This document shows, one piece after another, positions 39,936 to 49,730 of a DNA stretch of 49,730 nucleotides. The notes under the pieces are model-generated. The model did no database searches. It saw only the letters and a list, made by a program, of their open reading frames with translations, and was not told the DNA's origin. Source of the DNA: Blastocystis sp. subtype 4 (Eukaryota); the NCBI RefSeq assembly GCF_000743755.1, contig NW_014569506.1:1-49730 (forward strand). The letters are read 5' to 3'. A program made the position numbers and the translations under genes. Each line of letters begins with the position of its first letter. The stretch's first letter is position 1.

Positions 39936-40609
39936 AAGGAGATTCATCTGAATCAAACTCAACAGTTTCATCACGGTACCATTCACCCTGTTCATTTCTA
40001 CAATCAGAAACAGCTCACAAACCAACTTTCGATAACCTTTTTGATACATCGCCTCATCTTCCTTTTCTTGTAACACTAGATTGTAGTTTGCAAGCAAATG
40101 TACTCTTCTCTCTCCACAACGGTTCTCCAGAAGGAGATAACTCTGGAGGGACAAAAACAAAAGGCTTTGGAGCGGGTCGTGGTGACACAGGAGACTGTTC
40201 ATGGTTACTTGCAATCACCCGTTTTGTGATTTCCTTTGTTCGATACAATAGAGATGGCATCGCTATAGAGGCGGGAGGAATCGGTTCTGATTCCTTAGAA
40301 GACTCCAATTTACTCATTTTTCGTGACTGATGTTTCCTACCTTTAATATGTGACTATAGATCAAGACGTAATCGATTTGCTACAGCTAAATCCCGTCCAT
40401 TAACAAACGGTGGAAGATGGGGACAGATAGTACATCTGTATTGACCATCAATTGTTACAACATATTCCTCTTTTGGAAGATCCTGTAAATAGATTTCAGA
40501 TTGTCGTTTCTTTAGATTCTACTTGTTAGCTAATCTCTCTTCCTAGTACTCGTTTGTAGTCCTGTTCCGTAACTCTACCTCTGTGATGACTTCCATGAAC
40601 GGTTTGCAT
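39936..40609 (-). CDS. SCNM1: SCNM1, matrin-type zinc-finger splicing factor; stop made by polyadenylation
   Basis: NLKKRQ..LQDLPKEE..DGQYRCTICPHLP...HIKGRKH and acidic tail GYRKNEQGEWYRDETVEFDSDESP, which parallel human SCNM1 (CAICPHRP..GKKH; WVKDENVEFDSDE). Ends at T(39936)-atct-TGTTTGTT. Confidence 0.85.
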
Positions 40610-40673
40610 ACACAACAGTGGTTTTTCAGTTTTCTTATGTCACAATTGTCGTTTCTAGGAGTTGAATTGGGAA

Positions 40674-41668
40674 ATGGATTTTTGTATTGAGTGGAAAGAT
40701 ACCCGTAATTATGTAGCCGATGATCCAGTGAGGGAAGTACACGACATCTACCTTTCTAAAGAATTAGCGGATCAACTGTTTGTAACAAGTGATCTATGGT
40801 AATAGATAGGTATTTGCTTCAATTTCCGTTGCGTCCAAAGGGAAGACCATATCCAGAGCCCGATTCTGTGATTCTTTTAAATTGAATTTATGTATAGGCC
40901 AAATTCAAACCTGAGAATGATATTTTGAGACTGAATTACGTATTACCGAGAGATGAACATTATGATGAAAATGCACCAGATCAACAGGCTATCTCAGAGA
41001 TGGGTATGCCATTGAAGAATTGGATAACTGACTAGTCCTGCAATCTCATCGTAATCCAGCGAAAGCTACTTATGCAATCGGTGTGACACACAACGGCTCG
41101 GTTTATCTCACCCCTGTACATTTGGATGGATCCTTTGATAGCTAGGTGAAATCGACTTTAGTAATGCGTCCTGATATTCGTTATTATGATAAAGCGGAAA
41201 AGGAAGTCGACGAAGTTGATGGAGAAGATGGAATGGTGGATGAACAGGAAGCCAAGCCAAAGGATAAATCAAAGGTATTACAGGAGATTAAAATTGAGTA
41301 TACAAAGCGTCGTGCTGATGAGAATCACTTTGGTCCACTTAGTTATGCTGAAGTGATGGATGCACGTAGCGAGGAGCCATGGGTTGTAAGTGATAGTGTG
41401 TTGAATTTAGTGTAGGATAAAGAAGTATTTGGCCAGAATCATATATCTTCGTATACCAAAATGGAGGCGATGGTGAGTTGTCCAGATGAACCGATCCCTT
41501 CAGGTGCTTCTCTTCCTCGTTTTATCAGTGCTATGCAGCAACAAGCAGCTCATGAATATGCAGATTCGGCAAAGGATCCTGATTGGAAAGTCCTTTCATC
41601 TCCTGAGTATCCAGGTCGTGTAGACTCAAAGGAATGGATTGAAAAAAGACAGTTACGTCATCCTAATT
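40674..41668 (+). CDS. POLR3E: RNA polymerase III subunit RPC5/C37 (Sin-like); stop made by polyadenylation
   Basis: DDPVREVHDIYLS..LYLLQFPLRP, AKFKP, YAIGVTHNGSVYLTPV...MRP. Ends LRHPN-T(41668)-ccat-TGTTTGTT. Confidence 0.82.
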
Positions 41669-41672
41669 CCAT

Positions 41673-41697
41673 TGTTTGTTAAGAGATCAAACAAACA
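41673..41697. terminator. Back-to-back TGTTTGTT motifs serving convergent RPC5 and TMEM87-like genes
   Basis: TGTTTGTT 41673-41680 and AACAAACA 41690-41697. Confidence 0.8.
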
Positions 41698-41700
41698 GAA

Positions 41701-43506
41701 TTATGCCTCAGGTACTGTCTCTGACATGTTCATTGGTTTCATTTCACTATCCACGGTATTCACCACAACTGTTCCCTCATCTTCTGAATCTATCAATTTA
41801 TCTGTTGGAAGGTACTCTCCATCATTCTAATTATGATTTCCTTTTCATTATCTCTACATCATCAGCATTAGTCGCGACTTGAATATGATAAGCATATTCT
41901 GATGAATTCTCAGAAGGTTTCCACATAATCATAATGAAGAAGAAGAGAAGGAAATAATAGATACTCCAGACACCATCATTTATGCTACAGTCAATCCATA
42001 CATTCATCCCTACAACCACTGATATTTCCATATGTTCTGGCTATAATCACGAATGATAATATAACTGAAAACAATTAGGGTACTTGTAGCCACAACGACA
42101 CTCACCACCAACAAATTGCGTAATTTGGTGAAGATGGCTAATTTAGCCTCTTGTTTCTTCTCTGTTAGTTCATCCATTGTATCCATCAGACTTTGGAAGA
42201 TCCAGAAATAGACCATCGCATCCATCCTAACCATCAGATTCTTCTCTCACTTCTACGCTGAGGTGACAAAAAGACGGACGAATTCCAATGTAGTATTCTC
42301 CACGGGATACATGGTACAATAAGCATCCCAGAATGAGATAATATAATAAACAGCCCCAAATACGACGAATTGGCAAAGAGAGTTTCCAATCGTAGCTTTA
42401 CAGACACCAAGACTAAAAATCAGAAGTAAAATAGCATTGTTACCCCATACAGACAACAAGTGTAAGAATACGAGTAAGCGTACGTGTAGTACAATCCACA
42501 GCAATAGAGATTAATGAAAAGATATATGGGTTATTTCCTGTTCTATTGTATATCTCCAGATAGATAACTTTGATGATGTAATCAATAACAAAAGAAATGA
42601 GAACAATCTATAAGTAATCATCTGACTTACATTCTTACTAGGATAATTACTTGAACACTCATCACTTCTTTTGAATAGGAAATACATAACATGCTCCATA
42701 CAATCAGGGCTATCACGTAAGCCAGACACATGAAACTGAAAAATGGTAGACTGCCATATTGAGGAGCAGGCATTTTACCAAAAGGATTCTCAACCACCAT
42801 ATTTCCTTCCATTTCAAAGGGAGACATGTGATAATCACAGCTAGATATAAAGGATGTAACATATTCCTACACAGCTGTCATCACATAATAGATTCCTGTC
42901 TTCTTTGGCTCGAAGGTCATCTTAATTGATGTCTCAGATCCACTAATCCTCATTTCATTTCATCAGTCCTACCTCAGAATTGTCTGCTCCAATTTATACT
43001 GATCTTCATACCCAGCAGGAATCAGAAGCGCGTTCACATTCTTGCACTTGTCTCTCTACTTGTCATATATAACCCATAATTCAACTCGATAAGCTTCTTC
43101 ATCACAACAAGCAATACGATTTCCTCGACTATCAAGATAACCTATCTTCTGAAACACCTCCTCTGTCGTAATAGCAGTCTATCCTTATAGAGTTCAAGAA
43201 TAACGAACTTCAACAATACCATACAATGGAGTGGTGGCATTTTGTGGTTTGATGCTGATGTCCAAAGATACCTCACTCTTGCGATCACCTCTATGAAATC
43301 ATGGAGAGTCACGGAAAACAAACTTCTTTCGAGGAGAGTCTTTTGCAGCATACATGTAAATTCTTCTGTAGACGAGTGTCATTGCATCAATGTTGAATTT
43401 ACCCATCTGTGTGTTGTAGCTGCTCACTACCATTGGCAACAAAAGAGCAACCTAGGTCATTCACTACAGCAAAGAAAAGGCCCACAAGGAATCGGAGGCA
43501 ACGCAT
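41701..43506 (-). CDS. GOST/lung-7TM family membrane protein (TMEM87/GPR107-like)
   Basis: Signal-like N-terminus, ENPFGKMPAPQYGSLPFF, SLGVC, DAMVYFWIFQSL..Q.AKLAIFTKL, WKYQW, MWKPSENSSEYAY, acidic tail; TAA 41703-41701. Confidence 0.8.
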
Positions 43507-43742
43507 GGTCCAAGCTTCGATATTATGGTGAGAACAAGAAATAAAGTAATACGGTCTTGACGAAATATATGTATGGTAAATATTTAGAATTCAGACAGCC
43601 TTTTCCAGCTATTGGGCCGTATTCACTCTATATTATTCGAAACTGACATACCATGACATGACAACTGAATCCAAAAAACCATCTCTCATGAAACAGATTA
43701 TCTTTCTGAATGTATTTAAGAAACAGTTAAAAAGAACCATCT

Positions 43743-44713
43743 CTATGCTTTGTATTTCCTATCTAAACATAACTTTCCCCTCTCCTCTTCGCCATTCACG
43801 AGTTTTTCCCATTCTTTGTGATTTGGTTCAATCACCATCTCCCATGCATCTCTTTCTTGAAACGGCTATCAATAACTATGAGGAAAAATACTTACAATTC
43901 CATCGTATGCAAGAACATTCTCTCCCTTTCCATCAACCATCTTATAAGTCCGAAGCCATTCACGCATTTTATTTAGATCATTGTGATAGTACTCATAGAA
44001 GTCACAATAATCTACATGACAGAATCGAATTAGGCCGTACCTCTCAATTGTTTGCATACAGGATCAGCTTCACTTACTCCGAGAAGCTTCCAATCCATTT
44101 CGCCTTGATCAATCAAAGCAATTGCTCCGTATACTTTCACAGGATAGACTTCACCCACCTGATGTGGAATGTAACTGAAATCCATAATATCCAGAGGATC
44201 GTTGTCGCCTACAAACATGCCCACATCGGTTAGTTCCTTCTTGTGTGGATTCTCCCAGGTTTGGGGAACTGCACCGTAGTTGATCATAGAAGGAGCCCCA
44301 TAGAAACGTAATGCACCATTCTTCAAGTCCTGTTTAATCGGATTGAATGAAATACTAGTTGCAATTTCCGTTTTAGCGCTTTGACTACATATCAGATGAC
44401 ATCAAAAACAATACCCTCGAGGAATCTCCATAACAAAGTTCACAACAGCAGGTTTCTGTTGAATATATGGAGTAGATAAATAATTAATGTCCTTATTATG
44501 AGTTCTGATCCAAAATGGTACATGCCAAGGAGAAACAGTTTCAGTTTTGCCTCCATTGATCTCTTCGACTTGACACTGATAGTCAAAGTCTTTTCCAAGG
44601 ATTCCCTGGATTGTACTTCTCTATACGTCAAATGAAAAAATGACAACCACATATGTAGAGGCCAATCTAGCCAAAAGAGGTCGAGAGAGAGAAGCTGATA
44701 GTTTGCAAAGCAT
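43743..44713 (-). CDS. Family I inorganic pyrophosphatase with organellar-type presequence
   Basis: MLCKLSASLSRPLLARLAST presequence; SPWHDI, EIPRG..AK.EI, NPIKQD.K.G.LRF, NYGAVPQTWENP, GDNDPLD, LIDQGEMDWK, WLRTYK..DGK.EN. Confidence 0.92.
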
Positions 44714-44769
44714 TTGAGAATAGAGAGCAATTGGTATGCTTATTAGGACTTGTTGAAAGAACTTAACAA

Positions 44770-44842
44770 GCCCGTCTAGCTCAGTCGGTAGAGCGCCAGG
44801 CTCTTAACCTGGTGGTCGAGGGTTCGAGCCCCTCGGTGGGCG
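44770..44842 (+). tRNA. tRNA-Lys (CTT)
   Basis: 73-nt cloverleaf GCCCGTC-TAGCTCAGTCGGTAGAGC, anticodon arm CCAGG-CTCTTAA-CCTGG, T arm GAGGG-TTCGAGC-CCCTC; T-run downstream. Confidence 0.97.
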
Positions 44843-45103
44843 ATTCTCTTTTTCTTATTCTTCATATGACGAAAGATAAGTTAATATTTTCAAAATAGTT
44901 AGTAGTCAAATTTTGTTTGATAATCTACAGTTAGATTGATTCGAAAAGAAACGAAGATACTGGAAGCAGATTTGAACATAGTATATTTTATTACTAATGA
45001 TGCCGTCAGACAACTACACTATTTGTGCATGGGTTAGGTAGTTTGTTATTTTCATATATATAGGTTATTTGATTAGTTAGTGTTATTATTCATTAGACTG
45101 ACT

Positions 45104-46664
45104 ATGTCTGTATCTGTGGGGATTGATATAGGAACATCCAATTCTTGCGCCTGCTTCTTTAGAAATGGGACCTATGAAATCTTTACAACCGATACTGGAA
45201 GCAAACTGCTTCCTTCTTATGTCAGTTATGAAAATGGAAAATCTGTTTGTGGAGTAGGAGCAATACATAGAGTATCTAGGAATGACTGTTTTACGGTCTG
45301 CTCGTTCAAACGAGTTCTTGGAAGACAGTTTGATACCGAAGAGGTAAGAGCAATGACAGATCGTTGTATTGCTCCTCTTCGCGAGTCTGCCTCTGGAGAT
45401 GTAGAATTCTATAATCAGAATAATGGAGAAACCCATACTTCGACTGATCTTACGACTGAACTCATCAAAGATATCTTATCGACTGTTGTAAAGAACTCTG
45501 GATTAAAGATTGGAGATGTGACTTTTACAGTTCCTGCTTACTTCACACCACAGCAACGAAAGGTGATGGAACAAGCAATTACAAATGCTGGAATTGACGA
45601 AGACCACTTTTGTATTATCACCGAACCAACTGCAGCTGCCATTAGTTACGGAGTTGATAATGATATTAGGTCTAAAGTGTTTCTTGTTTATGATATGGGA
45701 GGAGGTACGTTTGATGTAAGTGTAATGCGCATTGCTACTGATCATATGTCCGTTATCAATCATGATGGTGACAATTTTCTTGGAGGAGAGTCATTTGATG
45801 CAGCTATCCTCGACAATGTTGTTAAACAGATGAAGGCTAATTACAGTTATTCTCCTCTTCCTCCTGAGGATGATAAGAAATATCTTCAGATGAAGAAGAA
45901 ACTGCTAATGCTTTGTGAAGACGCAAAGAAGAGTTTTGTTTATGATGATAATGTGACAGTCGATATGGAGCCATTCGCTAGATATTTGCATAAAGATGAT
46001 GTTACGATGACTCTCACTTCAGCAAATCTGGAAGTGCTCTTGAATTCATTTATGCAACGGGCTATAAATATTGTTGATCGAGCTATTCTGAATTCAGGAT
46101 TAACAAAAGGTGATATTGATGCTGTTGTACTAGTGGGAGGTTCAACTCGACTTAAGTGTGTGAGATCATCTCTACAAGAGTACTTTGGCGAAAAGATTCA
46201 CATTCAGGAGAATGTGAATCCAGATGAAGCTGTGGCCAAAGGAGCATGCTTATTCTGCACTAGCTGGATTCAGAATAAGGCGCAACCCACTCTCACTTGG
46301 TCTGGGCGTGTTATTATGATGGATGAAGTGACAACCTATTCAATTGGTATTGGAGGTCCCGATGACAGATATTATTGTATCATTCCTAAGAATTCCGTGA
46401 TGAATGGGAAAAAGTACCGGAAACGGTTACGAAAGAGTTCAGATGCATGTACTGAGCAGTTATTGTATGTATATCAAGGAGACGACCCTGTAGCATCAAA
46501 GAATCGGATTTTGAATCGGATTTCTTGGCATGGTTTTCCCGACTATCCTGCACAGTATGTCTATTTTGATCTTTTCCTTTCTGTTGAAAAGGATGGTTGT
46601 ATATATGCAGATGTAATCGATGTCCGAACGCATGAAGTGTATCTTGATCACTTCTTAATTCTAT
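45104..46664 (+). CDS. Divergent, intronless, lid-less Hsp70-family protein
   Basis: GIDIGTSNSC, TVPAYF, EPTAAAISYG, YDMGGGTFDVS, LGGESFD, VLVGGSTR, NPDEAVAKGA; divergent SBD-beta, no lid or EEVD. Candidate end T(46664)-ttat-TGTTTCTT; genomic stop at 46732. Confidence 0.85.
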
Positions 46665-47189
46665 TTATTGTTTCTTCCAAACAGAGTACAAGTCAGGACA
46701 TCCATTATAGTTTAATAGAATGTCTCGTGTAAATGATTCCAATATGTTATGACCATCTTCAACATTCTCGAAGGCATCATCCTCTTTCACATATTGATAA
46801 TCATTGTAATGACTAGATTATCAAGAAGAGGGCCAAAATTACTTTTCTGGACTAAGAAATCGAAGATTTCCATTATGAAGTAGAGTGATGGTGAATTCCT
46901 TGTCCTAGAAATAATCTGGAATACACTTAAGTACCGTTTGCTTGTTAATTGATAATTGATTGGTGGTTTTCTCAACTACAAAAGGATCATTGAGACTCTT
47001 CATGACTTGAACTCCCTACAAATTCACTCACATAATGAAAAATACGTTGTAAATCTTTTCAAATAGTTGTTCAGCAGGAGACAGCGTGACGGCCGAGAAT
47101 GCGCGATATGGGATCTAGCAAGTAATAGAGGGTTAGAAATGATCATACATGTTTGATAAGCGAAGAAAACATTATCTGATAAAAGAGCT

Positions 47190-49548
47190 ATGAACAGAAA
47201 AAGGATGTCTGGAAGAGGTAGTAACACAGTATCGACTGAAATTATCTCCTTTGATCCTCTAGGTTCGAAATAGAGATCCTGCAAGTGTACAAATCACTGC
47301 TGAGCAACTTTTACGTGAATCGAAAGAGCGTCAAGCTGCTGAAGTCAAAACACCTGTCCAGAAGATCCAAAACTCAGAGGTATAAGAATTGTGAGAATAT
47401 CTCATTCATTAGGAATTATCGGAATGGCGCTTCTTAAAGAGACGAGGATTTGAAAATGCAATTAAGAATCAAAAGATGCACATTGGAAATTACATTAAGT
47501 ATGCAAAATGGGAAGAACAACAAGTTTGGGTCGTTGTATATTGGATAACGTGTAGGGAGAGTTTGAGAGGGCTCGAAATATATTTGAACGTGCTCTGGAT
47601 GTTGACAACACGGCAGCGCCTCTCTGGTTGAAATATGCGGCTTTCGAGATTCGAAACAAATACATTAATCGAGCTCGAAATGTTTATGATAGGGCAGTCA
47701 CCCTACTTCCTCGTGTGGATCAACTCTGGTAGGAAATGGTTGGAGGTCTGAAGGTCAGGTACAAGTATGCCTATCTACAGGAAATGATTGGAGACATCAT
47801 GGCAACACGTACTGTCTTCGAGCGATGGATGCAGTGTTTCCCTAACGAACAGGCCTGGCTTACATACATCAAATTCGAGCAACGATGTGGAAGAATCGAT
47901 AGTGCTCGTAAGTTGTATGAACGCATGATCGAACAAATCCCGGAACAGAGTGTAGTAAATCTCTGTAGTTCTCACAACTAGGCATATATCAAGTATGCGA
48001 AGTGGGAGGAACGCCAAGGAAATAAAGCAAATTGTCGAAAGATCTTCGAGCGTGCTCTGACTGAGTTATCATCTGAAAATGTTGATGAGGATCTGTACTG
48101 AATATTTTTCATGAATAATCCTAAGATATTTGGAATTTGCGAAATTCGAGATTCGTTGTCAAGAGATCGAACGAGCGCGTGCGCTATTCAAATACGGTTT
48201 AGAGAAGGCCACAGGAAGCAAAGAAACCTTGTATGAGATATGAAGGGACATGTCATTTAGAACCACGGAATACACTCTATTTGAAAAACAATTTGGTAGC
48301 AAAGAGAGTATTGAAGAGGTGATTCTAACGAAACGTCGTGATCAATATGAGAGTGCCTTACAGGAATCTCCTTACAATTATGATGTGTGGTTTGATTACT
48401 TAAAGATGCTGGAACAAGAAGGAAATGAAGAGAAAATTATTGAAACATATGAACGAGCTATTGCTAATGTCCCTCCTAGTAAGGAGAAGCGATTCTGGAG
48501 AAGGTATATTTACTTATGGATCTATTACGTGGTGTTTCTGGAACAGGATGCAAATGAATTAGAGAAGGCTCGAGCTGTATATAAGCGTTGTATTGAGTGT
48601 ATACCTCATAAGCATTTCACTTTTGGGAAGGTATGATTTGAATGAATGAGTTATACACAGATTTGGATTCTCTATGCCAAATTTGAACTTCGACGACACA
48701 ACCTTGAAAAAGCTCGGAAGATTTTGGGTCAGTCAATTGGTCGATGCCCAAAATCGAACGTATTTTTCTTCTATATTGATATGGAGTATCGATTAATGAA
48801 TCTGGATCGATGTCGTACTCTCTATCAGAAGATGCTAGAATGTAATCCAGCCAATTGTATGGCTTGGTGTAAGTATGCAGAATTTGAGCGAGATCTGGAA
48901 GAGATGGATCGTGCCTCAGCAATTTATGAATTAGCGATTGGACAGGATTCATTGGATACTCCTGAGGTTGTGTGGAAGAAGTATATTGATCATGAGATTG
49001 AGTTGGGAAATCAGGAGAAGGTCGAGTCTCTATTTGAGCGGTTGTTACAACTGGCGCCTCATAGCAAGGTGTTTATCTCATATTCACAGTATGAAAGTAC
49101 AGAGAGTATGGACAAAGCACGCGAAGTGTTGGAGCGTGGTATCACATTATTCAAAGAGAATCATGAGAATGAGATGCGTCATCAATTGTTATTGGCATTG
49201 AAGAGTCTGGAAGAAGCAATTGAAGATAATGATGAACGTATTGCGAGTGTAACAAAGCGTCAAGCAAAGAAGGTAAAGAAGGTGAGACATGATCCGGAGA
49301 CGGGAATTGATGAAGATTACATTGATTATATATTCCCTGATGATGAAACAAACTCGATCCAGATGAATATGTTGAAGGCAGCGAGCAAGTGGAAGATGAA
49401 TACAATGAAGCAAACGGAATCTGAAGCCAAGAAGGTAAAGGTGTCAGAGACTGTGGATATTGATTCCGATAATTCTAATGTTGATTACAAACAAACAAAG
49501 GATTCGAACAAGAATATCGAGCAGAAGCATAACATTACAGAACGGTAA
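47190..49548 (+). CDS. CRNKL1: Crooked-neck/Clf1 HAT-repeat splicing factor
   Basis: [78 protein letters not shown]. True end may be poly(A)-made at 49474. Confidence 0.93.
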
Positions 49549-49549
49549 T

Positions 49550-49730
49550 TTAGTCGCTGTCAGAAGAAGACTCCTCCTCCTTCTTAGGCTCCTCTTTGGG
49601 CTTCTCCTCTTTGGGCTCTTCCTTAGCCTCTTCCTTCTTAGGCTCCTCTTTAGGCTTCTCCTCCTCAGACTCGGAGTCCGAAGATTCCTCCTTCTTGGAC
49701 TTCTTAGACTTCTTCTTAGGCTTCTCTTCC
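49550..49730 (-). CDS. 3' end of a gene with a K/E/S low-complexity tail (partial)
   Basis: EEKPKKKSKKSKKEESSDSESEEEKPKEEPKK...SSSDSD-TAA(49552-49550); TGTTTGTT on - strand at 49497-49490. Confidence 0.7.
   Translation of the reverse strand, partial: EEKPKKKSKKSKKEESSDSESEEEKPKEEPKKEEAKEEPKEEKPKEEPKKEEESSSDSD

Noticed and set aside
43743..44713. Phosphate-regulon cluster linking the pyrophosphatase to the SPX kinase
   Set aside because: 38 kb apart with more than 20 unrelated genes between them; no shared element seen.
49560..49730. Tandem-like repeats (CTTAGGCTCCTC...) as telomeric, satellite or CRISPR sequence
   Set aside because: They encode a K/E/P low-complexity tail in frame on the - strand; there is no repeat-spacer structure.

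Overview
Gene-dense eukaryotic nuclear DNA (roughly 40% GC by eye) with about 30 protein genes, two tRNAs and very short intergenic spacers. Nearly all genes are split by tiny (~29-35 nt) GT-AG introns, so the supplied ORF track is fragmentary. Most 3' ends carry a TGTTTGTT motif. In several genes there is no stop where the protein should end: a codon-initial T (or TA) sits exactly 4 nt before the motif, so poly(A) addition would create UAA. This combination, plus mitochondrion-related-organelle genes (Tom40, uL15m, mL46), points to Blastocystis (inference, not a database result). Recognisable genes: RUVBL2, two CAMK-type kinases, CLK/LAMMER kinase, ATG3, ARP4, HACD, PA2G4, RPB11, a large lectin/Ig surface protein, mL46, a UBAP2L-like protein, Tom40, MTHFS, CLASP, eRF3, uL15m, an RNF115/126-like E3, SCNM1, RPC5, a TMEM87-like protein, inorganic pyrophosphatase, a divergent Hsp70, CRNKL1, tRNA-Ala(AGC) and tRNA-Lys(CTT). 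Highlights: (1) one spliced gene encoding SPX + PH + CAMK kinase + 2 SH3b-like repeats, a candidate inositol-pyrophosphate-sensing kinase, next to a paralog lacking SPX; (2) two paralogs of an unrecognised Cys-finger family; (3) up to nine poly(A)-made stop codons, including in eRF3 itself; (4) an apparent 29-nt deletion in RUVBL2 whose frame is restored by intron retention. All exon models were assembled by hand and need RNA-seq confirmation.
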